This document shows, piece after piece, positions 29,391 to 38,658 of a stretch of 64,000 nucleotides of DNA. The stretch's first letter is position 1. Every line of letters starts with the position of its first letter. The notes under the pieces were generated by a model. The model searched no databases and was not told the origin of the DNA. It saw only the letters and a list, made by a program, of their open reading frames with translations. A program made the translations under genes and the position numbers. Source of the stretch: Solirubrobacterales bacterium (GTDB lineage: Bacteria > Bacillota > Syntrophomonadia > Syntrophomonadales > DTU052); the NCBI GenBank assembly GCA_050258755.1, contig JBLMZI010000001.1, positions 73,833-137,832 of the forward strand. The letters run 5' to 3'.

Positions 29391-30323
29391 CTATATCCAG
29401 CCCTTCCGCTTAAAGAGCGCCAGCATCCAGCCGGCAATCCCGATCATGACCGCCCACAGGCCTAAATATCCATATTTCCAGTGGAGTTCCGGCATATTGT
29501 AAGGGCTGCCGCCGAAATTCATGCCGTAAACGCCGACCAGAAAAGTCAGCGGGATGAAAATGGTCGCGATAATAGTTAAGGTTTTCATGACCGTATTAAG
29601 CTGGTTGCTGACCGAGGATAGGTAGGTTTCCAGCATGCCGGTGCAAACGTCCCGGTAGGTTTCGATCAGGTCAAGCACCTGTACTGTGTGGTCATAGCAG
29701 TCGCGCAGGTAGACTGCGAATTCGTGGTGTTCATGGCGGTCCTCGTCCAGCATCAGGTTTTTTATCACTTCGCGTTCCGCCCAGGTGATCTTCTCAAGGG
29801 TCAGCAAATCGCGCCTGAGACGATGAATATGAGAAGGCGTGGTTTGTTCCGGGGCATCCAGCAGCTGGCCTTCGATCGTGTCCAGCCGGTCCGCGATGGT
29901 TTCGATAACCGGAAACAGCCCATCGATCAGGGCGTCACAAAGACCGTACAGCAGGTAATCGGCCCCTGAACTGCGCAGAGCGCCGATGGATTCCCGCAAG
30001 CGCTCCCGAACCAACCGAAACACGTCATTTTCGCTTTCGCACAAGGTGATCACCAGATCCTGCCGGTAGAAGAACGAGATCTGGTCCCGGATCACCGGAA
30101 CAGTTTCGCTGATCCCGTACATCACCAGAAAGACGAAATTATCGTAGTACTCCAGCTTGGCCCGCTGGCCGGTATTTAGGACATCCTCAAGGGCGAGCCG
30201 GTGCAGCCCAAAAAAATCGCCCAGCCGGGCCAGTTCCTCCGGGTCGGGCGCGCCGTTAAAGTGGATCCAGGTGATCCGATCGCCGCCGGTTTCGATCAGG
30301 CATTCGGACAGGGAAGGGGCCAT
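29391..30323 (-). CDS. corA: CorA-family magnesium/cobalt transporter
   Basis: The C-terminal part has two TM helices and the YGMNF signature (LVGVYGMNFGG). The ORF opens at 30680, but the first 118 codons are Arg/Pro-rich noise. The ATG at 30323 (MAPSLSECLIETGGDRITWIHF) gives 310 aa. Confidence 0.85.
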   Translation of the reverse strand: MAPSLSECLIETGGDRITWIHFNGAPDPEELARLGDFFGLHRLALEDVLNTGQRAKLEYYDNFVFLVMYGISETVPVIRDQISFFYRQDLVITLCESENDVFRLVRERLRESIGALRSSGADYLLYGLCDALIDGLFPVIETIADRLDTIEGQLLDAPEQTTPSHIHRLRRDLLTLEKITWAEREVIKNLMLDEDRHEHHEFAVYLRDCYDHTVQVLDLIETYRDVCTGMLETYLSSVSNQLNTVMKTLTIIATIFIPLTFLVGVYGMNFGGSPYNMPELHWKYGYLGLWAVMIGIAGWMLALFKRKGWI

Positions 30324-30526
30324 TTTCTCTTCAAAAATAGCGGCGTTATACTGAATGACGGAAATCGAGCACGGCCCGGCGGCCGGACTGTGGCGCACCA
30401 GGGTTCCCGGGTTGGTGCCGGGCTGGTGAAACCGTTTGACCGGCTGACGTGGCTTTGGTGAACAGGACGTGTTTTCCGCGGATATCACCCCCTTTTTTGC
30501 ATGATCATCCCGGGTAGGCCCGCGAA

Positions 30527-30805
30527 TCACTCGCGATGCGCGCGTTCCAGCTTTACGGTGACCAGATTCTGCGGATCTGGGCAGTGCAGGTAAATGGCGT
30601 CGCTGTTCCACCAGGGGAGACCCCCGCCGTATTGAAAGGTCATCAGATTCGGGAATATGGAGTGGAAAAACAGCCCGCACATCTCACTGGGATTGTGGCA
30701 GCTGATCTCAAAAGTGTCGCCTTCACGGTGGCCGGCGTTGCAGAGTCCTTTCACACCGGTGATGGTTGCCGTCACTTTGAATCCCAGACCAGGGTCCTTG
30801 GCCAT
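30527..30805 (-). CDS. TIGR04076-family small Cys-rich protein
   Basis: ATG at 30805 lies 7 nt after AGGGGG. The sequence reads MAKDPGLGFKVTATITGVKGLCNAGHREGDTFEISCHNPSEMCGLFFHSIFPNLMTFQYGGGLPWW...LHCPDPQNLVTVKLER. Confidence 0.6.
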   Translation of the reverse strand: MAKDPGLGFKVTATITGVKGLCNAGHREGDTFEISCHNPSEMCGLFFHSIFPNLMTFQYGGGLPWWNSDAIYLHCPDPQNLVTVKLERAHRE

Positions 30806-31036
30806 GCGATAACCCCCTAACCGATACCCGAAGCATTCTCTTCGGACGCCTCTTCCGACTATCTTCCCCATTAAAAAGGAAAATCCTGCCGCGAAGCGGC
30901 TTGCGGGGTATTTTCGGGGAATAGAGCGCCAGGTTCAGGTATAATGTGGATAGTCAATCCGGACGGAAGCACGGATATCAAGGCGAGAGGGGGAAGGCCG
31001 GCGTGTATGGTGAAAGCCGGGCTGGCCGAAGCAAAC

Positions 31037-31318
31037 ATGAGAAAACGGGGAATAGCGCTGGTGTTTCTGCTGATTGTGGGCCTGCTGCTCGTAGCTGGAT
31101 GCAACCCAATTGCCCGCAAGTACGGCGGGAGAGTGACCAGCAAACTGCCGGAAAACCAGAAGCTGGTTAATGTGACCTGGAAAGAGGACTCGCTCTGGCT
31201 GTTGACCCGGCCCATGCGGCCCGGGGAAAAACCGGAAACCTATACCTTCCGGGAAGACAGCACGTTCGGTGTTTTGGAAGGCAAAGTCATTATTGTCGAG
31301 CGGGTCTCGGAAGAGTAG
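31037..31318 (+). CDS. Small lipoprotein
   Basis: MRKRGIALVFLLIVGLLLVAGCNP carries a lipobox (LVAGC). The ORF opens earlier at 30944 without signal features. Confidence 0.6.
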   Translation: MRKRGIALVFLLIVGLLLVAGCNPIARKYGGRVTSKLPENQKLVNVTWKEDSLWLLTRPMRPGEKPETYTFREDSTFGVLEGKVIIVERVSEE

Positions 31319-31342
31319 CTTCAGCGAAAACGGGGGCTTTTG

Positions 31343-31588
31343 ATGGACCGGGCGAAATGTTTTTTATGCAAACAGGCCTTTCCGCTGCTGCCCAACGATT
31401 TCCGATGCCTGGAGCTTCGGTATAATCCGGATGCGCGATTGGTTTGCGACCGGTGCGGCCAGATGGTGAAACGGGAAGCCATCATTGTGAGCGGGATAGA
31501 TCCGGACCGAAAAACGCCCGAGCAAAAGGATCATAAGGACGCGGAAGAAAAGCGGGTGAACCGGGACCAGGACAGCGAGAGAATTTAA
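31343..31588 (+). CDS. Small zinc-ribbon-like protein
   Basis: MDRAKCFLCKQ...VCDRCGQ has CxxC twice. The C-terminus is charged. GGGGG lies 6 nt upstream of the ATG. Confidence 0.45.
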   Translation: MDRAKCFLCKQAFPLLPNDFRCLELRYNPDARLVCDRCGQMVKREAIIVSGIDPDRKTPEQKDHKDAEEKRVNRDQDSERI

Positions 31589-31594
31589 GGGATC

Positions 31595-31625
31595 AAGGGA
31601 GGGCAATGCCCTCCCTTTGCTTTGG
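31595..31625 (+). terminator. Rho-independent terminator
   Basis: AAGGGAGGGC-aat-GCCCTCCCTT followed by TGCTTTGG. Confidence 0.65.
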
Positions 31626-31717
31626 TCATCGTGAAAACACCAACCGAAGGTCTAAAGAGTTGGTATGATGAAAGAAGGAGATAAAATTGATGTCTAATTC
31701 TTAGAGGACTGTCGGAG

Positions 31718-32818
31718 GTGGAGGGCTTGAACGAAAAACCGATCATACTGGTTGTGGACGACACCCCCGCGAATCAGGAAATCCTGCTGGATGCCCTGGA
31801 GGACGATTATGAGGTTGTTACGGCCGATAATGGGCTTGAGGCCTTGAAGCGCCTGGCTTCGGATCCCCTCCCCGATCTGGTGCTGCTTGATGTCATGATG
31901 CCGGTACTGGATGGCTACGAAACGTGCCGGCAGATGAAAGCAGACCAGCGAACCGCGTCGGTCCCGGTCGTTTTTGTCACCGCACAGTCTGAAGAAGATG
32001 ATGAAGCCCGGGGTCTTTCCCTCGGAGCCATCGATTATATCATCAAACCGTTCCGCCCCGGGCTGGTACGGGCCCGGATAAGAAACATTCTGGCGTTAAA
32101 ACAGTACCAGGATCACCTTGAGGAAATGGTGGCACTGCGGACCCGGCAGCTGGAACAGTCCCAAGAGGCGACCATGATGAGTCTGGCCGGGCTGGCGGAG
32201 TATCGTGACCCCGAGACGGGCAACCACATTCATCGAACCAAGCATTATGTTTTGATTCTCACCGCGTATCTCGTCGAACAATCCCCGGCGGACAGCGAGT
32301 GGCGCGGTCTTGATCCGGCTCTGGTGGCACGATCCTCAACCCTGCACGACGTCGGCAAGGTCGGCGTCCCGGACGGCATTCTTCTGAAGCCCGGACGCTT
32401 AACCCCGGAAGAATTTGAAGCGATGAAACGCCATACGCTGATTGGGCGGGACGCGATTATGGCTGCCGAAAGCCGGATTGAAGATGATGTGTATTTGCAG
32501 GTCGCCCGGGACATCGCGCATTTGCATCACGAAAAATGGGACGGTAGCGGCTATCCCGAAGGCCTGGCCGGCCGGTCGATTCCGGCGGCGGCCAGGGTGA
32601 TGGCCCTGGCGGATGTTTATGACGCCCTGGTGAGCAAGCGGGTGTACAAACCCGCGCTGCCTCACGAAAAGGCGGTTGAAATCATTCTGGAAGGCCGCGG
32701 CGCTCACTTTGACCCGGAGGTGTCCGACGCGTTTGCCGCGCTTGAACCGCGCTTCCGGGAAATTGCGTACCGCTATGCCGACCACGAGGAAGAACGAAAT
32801 TTGCTGGCCCCAATGTAA
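31718..32818 (+). CDS. Response regulator with an HD-GYP output domain (RpfG-like c-di-GMP phosphodiesterase)
   Basis: The REC domain reads ILVVDDTPANQEILL...DLVLLDVMMPVLDG. The HD-GYP domain reads LHDVGKVGVPD...HHEKWDGSGYPEGL. Confidence 0.9.
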   Translation: MEGLNEKPIILVVDDTPANQEILLDALEDDYEVVTADNGLEALKRLASDPLPDLVLLDVMMPVLDGYETCRQMKADQRTASVPVVFVTAQSEEDDEARGLSLGAIDYIIKPFRPGLVRARIRNILALKQYQDHLEEMVALRTRQLEQSQEATMMSLAGLAEYRDPETGNHIHRTKHYVLILTAYLVEQSPADSEWRGLDPALVARSSTLHDVGKVGVPDGILLKPGRLTPEEFEAMKRHTLIGRDAIMAAESRIEDDVYLQVARDIAHLHHEKWDGSGYPEGLAGRSIPAAARVMALADVYDALVSKRVYKPALPHEKAVEIILEGRGAHFDPEVSDAFAALEPRFREIAYRYADHEEERNLLAPM

Positions 32819-32857
32819 AAACCAGAATAGCCTGCGCGGGCGTGGCTGATCGAAAGG

Positions 32858-35590
32858 GTGAATCGCGTGATCAAACATAAGGAAAGCATGGAACGCCGAA
32901 AAGGACGCAATGACACAATCCGGCGGCGTGTATACACCGCCATTGGCTTAACCTCGGTGATTGCGCTGGTCCTATTCGGGCTGCTGCTGATGACTATGCT
33001 GGCGACCCAGGTGAAACAGATCGGCTGGAGCATCGGGTATATGGTCAGTAATTCGATGGCCCAGGAGATCTCAGCCCCCGAATTCTTAGGCGAAATGCAC
33101 ATTGACTGCCTGCAGGCTTTCAATCCAGATGAGGAAACCGCACAGCTGTGGCTTTTGCAGCTCAATGAACGCATCGGGCAGGATATGCTGCTCCAGGACA
33201 TCCTGTCGCAGAAATGGAAGAACTGGGTCCAGAAAACCGGACATGACCCCGCCGGTCCGGTTTTGCCTGCACCGGGCAGGCTGCCGCCCGGCCCCGGGAT
33301 GGGGCTCAAGCGGGGCACCGGCGGCAGCCCGGATTCGCCGACCGTTTCCCCGGAAGTGAATTCGGCCCTTAAAACCGTTCAGAACCAGGGTCTGATCCTG
33401 CCGTCCCGGATGCCAATCGTGGAACTGGTGATCACCTTGAACGGACACGAAGTGTTTAACAATATGTCAGATTCCACCCGAGATTTTCGAAAACAGACCG
33501 AGATCATCCGGGCGAAAAAGGCTGCGGAACGGACCATGGGGGAGCGGCTGACGCTCTGGGTGCATGATGGTTTCTACACCCGGGTAACCACCGATATTCC
33601 GGATCAGGATGGGAAAATAGCGGGGACGGCGACAGCCGGGCTCAATCCGGACATTGTGTCCGTCATCCTTGGCGTGGTCGCGCTGATCGTGCTCGGCGCC
33701 GCCATCCTGGTTTTCATGATTTCGCTGCTGATCGGCAGGATTATGGTATTTCCGGTGCTTGCGCCGCTGAGCCGGCTGCAGGCGGAGATGAGCGCCATGG
33801 CCAGCGGGGATGCGCGTTCGATCTTGGATCAGCCCGAACGAACCCAGCGATATCCCGAAGAGGTTGAAAATCTGTTGGAAGCGCGCGATGCGATTCTTGG
33901 CCGGATCAAAGAGTTTACCGATCTGCAGGAAAAGCAGACTCACATTCTGGAACAGCAGAAACAGGACCTGGAAAAGATGGCCGCATCGCTGGCGGCAAAC
34001 AACCGGCAGCTGACCGAAGCGAACGCCAGTCTGGAGGCGGAGATCGCAGTGCGGCTGCAAACCGAGCAGGCGCTGCAGCTCTCTAAAGAGGCGGCCGACG
34101 CCGCCAACCGGGCGAAGTCAGAGTTCCTGGCCAATATGAGTCATGAAATCCGGACCCCGATGAATGCGGTGCTTGGTTTCACCGATTTGCTGGAACAAGC
34201 GGTGCAGGGCGAAACCGAGCGCGGCTATCTGGAGACGATCCGGAGCAGCGGCCGCAATCTGATGAGCCTTTTGAATGATATTCTGGACCTTTCGAAAATT
34301 GAGGCCGGCCGGATGGAGATCCGGTACGGGCCAACCGATATCCCCGCGCTGTTGAACGAGGTCAAGCAGGTATTCACCTTCAAGGCGATTGAAAAGCGGC
34401 TTGAACTCACGGTGGAAGCCGACCCGGACATCCCGGAATCTCTGCTGTTGGATGAGGCCCGTCTGCGGCAGATCCTGGTCAATCTGGTCGGGAACGCGAT
34501 GAAATTCACGGATCAGGGAACCGTTCGTCTGTCCGCCCGGTCTGTTCGCCGGGAGATTGGGAAATTGGATCTGGTTTTCCGGGTTGAGGATACCGGGATC
34601 GGGATTGACCCGGATTCGCTGGAACGGGTGTTTGAGGCGTTTGTGCAGCAGCAGGGACAAAGTACCAGAAAGTATGGAGGCACCGGACTTGGATTGGCGA
34701 TTTCGCGCCGCCTGACCGAAATGATGGACGGGGAGATCCGGGTCGAAAGCGAGCCGGGCAAGGGCAGCATCTTTACCGTGGTTCTGCACAATGTCATGGT
34801 GTCGGATATGATTCCGGTCAAGCTGCGCGACGAACTGGAACAGATTCGGCGGCTGCGGTTCGCGCCGGCCGCGGTGCTGGTGGTGGACGATCTGCCGGAG
34901 AACCGGATACTGATTCGGGAATACCTGGCCGGGACCGGCCTGACCGTGATCGAGGCGTCGGATGGTCTGGAAGCGGTACTCGCTGCGGAACGGGAGTGCC
35001 CGGCCGTCATCCTGATGGATCTGCGCATGCCGAATCTGAATGGGTTTGAGGCTTTGGCGCGGATTCGGGAGAATCCTCAACTGGCCCCCATTCCCGTCAT
35101 CGCGGTGACCGCATCGGTCATGCGGCAGGACCAGAACCAGATTGAACTCGCCGGATTCCAGGGTCTTTTGGAGAAACCGACCCAAAAAATTGAGCTGTTT
35201 AATACCGTGAAACGCTTCCTGGAATACCGGATCAGCGAGGAAGCGGAAGAATTCGCCCGACACGATGGCGGTGAGGTTGGCGGTGTGAGCGGGGACGAAG
35301 CGCTGATCCCGGCTGATACCGGGCCGCTGGCGGCGCTGCTTGACAACCTGGAACGCGAATACCTGCCTGCGCTGGATGTTTTGAAAAACAGCGGCCTGTT
35401 TGAAGACTATGAAACCTTCGCTGTGGGGCTGGCTCAGTTAGCCGGAGAATACGAGCTGGATCCGCTCAAAGCCTTTGCGAAAACCATGGCCGCCCACGTG
35501 GACAGCTTTGATGTTGAAAGCATCCGGGGCGATTTGAATGCATTTCCGGCTCTGGTCGCGAAACTGAGAGCCTGGGTACAGAAAGGGTGA
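32858..35590 (+). CDS. Hybrid sensor histidine kinase (TM/HAMP, coiled coil, HisKA, HATPase_c, REC, and a C-terminal helical, possibly HPt-like, domain)
   Basis: 910-aa ORF. The H-box reads FLANMSHEIRTPMNAVLGF, and the G-boxes include DTGIGI and GGTGLGLAISRRL. The REC domain reads VLVVDDLPENRILI...ILMDLRMPNLNG. Confidence 0.9.
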   Translation: MNRVIKHKESMERRKGRNDTIRRRVYTAIGLTSVIALVLFGLLLMTMLATQVKQIGWSIGYMVSNSMAQEISAPEFLGEMHIDCLQAFNPDEETAQLWLLQLNERIGQDMLLQDILSQKWKNWVQKTGHDPAGPVLPAPGRLPPGPGMGLKRGTGGSPDSPTVSPEVNSALKTVQNQGLILPSRMPIVELVITLNGHEVFNNMSDSTRDFRKQTEIIRAKKAAERTMGERLTLWVHDGFYTRVTTDIPDQDGKIAGTATAGLNPDIVSVILGVVALIVLGAAILVFMISLLIGRIMVFPVLAPLSRLQAEMSAMASGDARSILDQPERTQRYPEEVENLLEARDAILGRIKEFTDLQEKQTHILEQQKQDLEKMAASLAANNRQLTEANASLEAEIAVRLQTEQALQLSKEAADAANRAKSEFLANMSHEIRTPMNAVLGFTDLLEQAVQGETERGYLETIRSSGRNLMSLLNDILDLSKIEAGRMEIRYGPTDIPALLNEVKQVFTFKAIEKRLELTVEADPDIPESLLLDEARLRQILVNLVGNAMKFTDQGTVRLSARSVRREIGKLDLVFRVEDTGIGIDPDSLERVFEAFVQQQGQSTRKYGGTGLGLAISRRLTEMMDGEIRVESEPGKGSIFTVVLHNVMVSDMIPVKLRDELEQIRRLRFAPAAVLVVDDLPENRILIREYLAGTGLTVIEASDGLEAVLAAERECPAVILMDLRMPNLNGFEALARIRENPQLAPIPVIAVTASVMRQDQNQIELAGFQGLLEKPTQKIELFNTVKRFLEYRISEEAEEFARHDGGEVGGVSGDEALIPADTGPLAALLDNLEREYLPALDVLKNSGLFEDYETFAVGLAQLAGEYELDPLKAFAKTMAAHVDSFDVESIRGDLNAFPALVAKLRAWVQKG

Positions 35591-36726
35591 TGGGGATGAA
35601 AGAAACCGGGTTGCAGCAGCATGCTCCGGAAACGGTGCTCATCGTGGATGACACGCCGGCGAACATCCAGCTGGCCGCCAGTGCTCTGCGCAGCAACGGA
35701 TACCGGCTCGCGTTCGCCCAGAACGGCCCAGCGGCCTTGGAGCAAATTGCCCGATCCCCGATCGATCTGGTGCTGCTGGATGTGATGATGCCGGAAATGG
35801 ACGGTTTTGAGGTGTGCCGGCGGCTTAAGGCGGACCCCAAAACTGTGGATATTCCGGTTATTTTTCTGACCGCTGCGACCGATCTGGACAGCATTACCGG
35901 CGGGTTTGAACTGGGTGCGGTCGACTACGTGGTGAAACCATTCAACACGGCCGAACTGGTATCCCGGGTGAAAACCCATCTGGAGCTGAAGCGGAACCGG
36001 GAAGCGCTGCGGGAAATGATCGCGGCAAAGGACACGTTTTTTTCCATCATGTCCCATGATCTTAAGAGTGCAATTTTTGGGCTTTCCGGGCTTTCTGCCA
36101 ACCTTTTGGACCGGTTCGACGCCCTGATCGCGGGCGAACTGTCTGAGAAAAAAATCGAGCGTATGCGTCACTCGATTACGGTGTTGGAGGAAACCTCGAA
36201 CGGGGCCATGAAGCTTTTGGAAAACCTGCTGGAATGGTCCCGGACCCAGACCGGGCGGATTCAAGTGGTTCCGCAGCGGGTTGCCCTGGAGGCCGTGGTT
36301 CAGGATACTTTCTCCTTGCTGGCGAATGCGGCTCAGTTGAAAGAGATCAAGCTGCGGTCCGAAATTGCTTCCGACGCTTTTGCAATGGCCGATCTTTCCA
36401 TGCTCTACACCGTGCTGCGCAACCTGCTGTCCAATGCGATCAAATTTTCACATTCGGGCGGAACCGTAGCGGTGACGATCCAGCGCAAGGAAGCTGAATA
36501 TGAGGTGACTGTGGCCGATACCGGTGTGGGCATGAAGCCCGAGGACATCGCTCGCCTGTTCCGGATTGACAGTCACTTCAGCACGCCGGGTACGGCTTCG
36601 GAGCGGGGAACCGGGCTCGGGCTCCTGCTGGTCAGGGAATTCGTCGAGCAAAATGGGGGAACGATTAGGGTAGAGAGTGAACCGAGCGCGGGCAGCCGCT
36701 TCATTTTCACAGTTCCCGCCGGATAA
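35587..36726 (+). CDS. Response-regulator/histidine-kinase fusion (REC-HisKA-HATPase_c)
   Basis: It overlaps the previous stop (GTGA). The REC domain reads VLIVDDTPANIQLA...DLVLLDVMMPEMDG. The H-box reads FFSIMSHDLKSAIFG, and the ATPase region has DTGVGM and GTGLGLLLVREF. Confidence 0.9.
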   Translation: MMGMKETGLQQHAPETVLIVDDTPANIQLAASALRSNGYRLAFAQNGPAALEQIARSPIDLVLLDVMMPEMDGFEVCRRLKADPKTVDIPVIFLTAATDLDSITGGFELGAVDYVVKPFNTAELVSRVKTHLELKRNREALREMIAAKDTFFSIMSHDLKSAIFGLSGLSANLLDRFDALIAGELSEKKIERMRHSITVLEETSNGAMKLLENLLEWSRTQTGRIQVVPQRVALEAVVQDTFSLLANAAQLKEIKLRSEIASDAFAMADLSMLYTVLRNLLSNAIKFSHSGGTVAVTIQRKEAEYEVTVADTGVGMKPEDIARLFRIDSHFSTPGTASERGTGLGLLLVREFVEQNGGTIRVESEPSAGSRFIFTVPAG

Positions 36727-36760
36727 ATCAGCACAATCATTTCCTTTCCAAGCCTTTCCC

Positions 36761-36791
36761 TTGACCCTGACGGTGCGTCATGGCCTACAGT
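36761..36791 (+). promoter_or_regulatory. MerR-type promoter with a 19-bp spacer containing a dyad
   Basis: TTGACC (36761..36766), a 19-nt spacer containing TGACGgtgCGTCA, then TACAGT (36786..36791), about 20 nt upstream of the MerR-family gene. Confidence 0.5.
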
Positions 36792-36811
36792 GAAGGCGGA
36801 GGTGATCCCGC

Positions 36812-37579
36812 ATGGCCTATCAGATTAAAGAGGTTGCCGATCTGGCAGGCATCAGTGTCCGTACCCTGCATTACTACGACCAGATTGGACTGCTGACGCC
36901 CTCGGCGGCAAGCCCGGCCGGATACCGGATTTACAGCGATGCAGACCTTGAGCGGCTTCAGCAGGTTCTCTTTTATCGTGAACTGGGTTTCCCACTGCAG
37001 GAAATCAAACGGATTGTCGGTCACCCGGGCTTTGACCGGGAAAAGGCATTGGAAGGCCAGCGGGAACTACTGCTTCAAAAGCGAGCCAGGTTTGATGCCA
37101 TGATCGAAACTGTGGATCAGACCCTCCGCACGATGAGGGGAGATGGAACCATGAGTAAACGCGAAATGTTCAAAGGTATGGCCCGGGAGGCGTGGGACCG
37201 CCACCGGAGCGAGTACGCCGAAGAAGCCCGAGCACTGTACGGCTCGGAAACCGTGGATAGATCGGACCGTCGGTTCGAAGCCCTGACCGATGACGAGCGG
37301 GCTCAGGCCATGGAAAACTGGGAAGCCATCTACAAGGCGCTTGCCCGGCACATTGGCGGCGATCCGACCGATCCGGAGGTCCAGGAACTGGTTGCCGCTA
37401 AACGGGCCCACATCAGCCGGTATTTCTACGACTGTACACTGGAGATCTTCCGGGGTTTGGGTGAGCTCTACGTCAGTGATTCCCGTTTCACCAAAAACAT
37501 CGACCGGTACGGTGAAGGGCTAGCGGCTTTTCTGCAGCAGGCGATCGGCGCCTATTGCGATAGTCAGAGCGGCAGATAA
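36812..37579 (+). CDS. MerR-family regulator with a TipAS-like C-terminal domain (TipA/Mta type)
   Basis: YQIKEVADLAGISVRTLHYYDQIGLL is followed by a long helical C-terminal domain (255 aa in total). Confidence 0.9.
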   Translation: MAYQIKEVADLAGISVRTLHYYDQIGLLTPSAASPAGYRIYSDADLERLQQVLFYRELGFPLQEIKRIVGHPGFDREKALEGQRELLLQKRARFDAMIETVDQTLRTMRGDGTMSKREMFKGMAREAWDRHRSEYAEEARALYGSETVDRSDRRFEALTDDERAQAMENWEAIYKALARHIGGDPTDPEVQELVAAKRAHISRYFYDCTLEIFRGLGELYVSDSRFTKNIDRYGEGLAAFLQQAIGAYCDSQSGR

Positions 37580-37736
37580 AAAAAGCGGGCCGCCGGTTTT
37601 AACAAACCGTCAGCCCCAGGTTAGAGAGTCGTACATTGGTTGAGCGGAAAATATAATGAACCGTTTCATCGAAATCGGTCATTATCCTGTTATGGCTTGG
37701 CAACCAAAATATTAGGTATCCAAACTAAATATCGTT

Positions 37737-37780
37737 TAAAAAACGGGCTTAAAAGCCGTCGGCTCGCGGCCCGTTTATCG
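37737..37780 (-). terminator. Rho-independent terminator after the MarR gene
   Basis: On the minus strand, AAACGGGC ... GCCCGTTT is followed by TTTT. Confidence 0.55.
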
Positions 37781-37799
37781 CCTTTCGCATAGAATGCCG

Positions 37800-38252
37800 C
37801 TATTTCTTCCCAGCGGCTTCGTCCGTATCGGCTAAAAGCTTGGTAAGAATCTCATTCAAGCTTTTACGCTCCTCGGCGTCCAGCCGCTGGAACACCCGGT
37901 CCGCCATGGCCTGTTCGATCCGTTCGAGTTTCCTGCAGACCTCCTGCCCGCGCTGGGTTACATGAACTTCGACCACGCGGCGGTCTTCCTCAATCCGTTC
38001 CCGGTCGACCAGTTCCTTTTTCACCAGCCGGTCAATCACCGGAGACAGGGTACCAACCGTCAGATTCATCTTCTTAGCCAGGCTGGTGATCCGGTCCGTG
38101 CGGTTGTTACGCAGCTGGTACAGGGTTCGGACATCGCCGGGGGCCAGGTGATCCAGGCCAAATTCCCGCAGCACATTCTGTTCGATGGCGCGATAATTAA
38201 CGATCAGACGCTGGAACAGCGGCAGTAATTGATCGACGTCGCGGGCTGCCAT
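37800..38252 (-). CDS. MarR-family transcriptional regulator
   Basis: 150-aa ORF with a winged-helix region reading LRNNRTDRITSLAKKMNLTVGTLSPVIDRLVKKELVDRERIEEDRRVVEVHVT. Confidence 0.85.
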   Translation of the reverse strand: MAARDVDQLLPLFQRLIVNYRAIEQNVLREFGLDHLAPGDVRTLYQLRNNRTDRITSLAKKMNLTVGTLSPVIDRLVKKELVDRERIEEDRRVVEVHVTQRGQEVCRKLERIEQAMADRVFQRLDAEERKSLNEILTKLLADTDEAAGKK

Positions 38253-38295
38253 GAGAACACCTCCCGGATAGTTTGGGCCCCAAAACGTATAAAAG

Positions 38296-38325
38296 TAGTC
38301 TACGTCCTGAACGGGATGGTGTCAA
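38296..38325 (-). promoter_or_regulatory. Candidate sigma-A promoter for the MarR gene
   Basis: On the minus strand: TTGACA (38325..38320), a 17-nt spacer, then TAGACT (38301..38296). Confidence 0.45.
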
Positions 38326-38658
38326 TCCGGGAAATGAGAAAAAATATTCCACCGGGGAAGTTTTTGTCCGGGTGGTTGGAGGCAGTCTCCAGGCCTACCG
38401 GCTCACCCAGGGACCAGCTTGCCCTTCGCCAGAGCGCCTTTTATCCCTCCAGTCTTTAGAGAAAAGCCCGCCCACCCCGCTAAGGTAAGAGCCTTCGGCT
38501 CGTTCAGTCACTTGGGCGCACATGATACCCGCAAAGGGGCCGGGAAAGGACACCCTTCAGCGATGCAGTGTTATACTGAATGGAAGAAACGTAGGACTGG
38601 CACGGGCGCAGGCAGGAAACCGAAGAAATCGGAAAGAACAGAGAGATACTTAAGAACA

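Noticed and set aside
30324-30526. M-box Mg2+ riboswitch upstream of corA
   Set aside because: The conserved M-box strings are absent. The spacer is kept only as an unclassified structured region in the findings.
34118-35263. 381-aa minus ORF (with 33467..34060 and 35434..36264) inside the kinase genes
   Set aside because: These are antisense shadows of histidine kinase genes with clear H-, N- and G-boxes on the plus strand.
38598-38614. TGGCACGGGCGCAGGCA as a functional sigma-54 promoter
   Set aside because: The -12 element is wrong: GG-N11-GC spacing, and AGGCA instead of TTGCA. It is reported only as a possible remnant.
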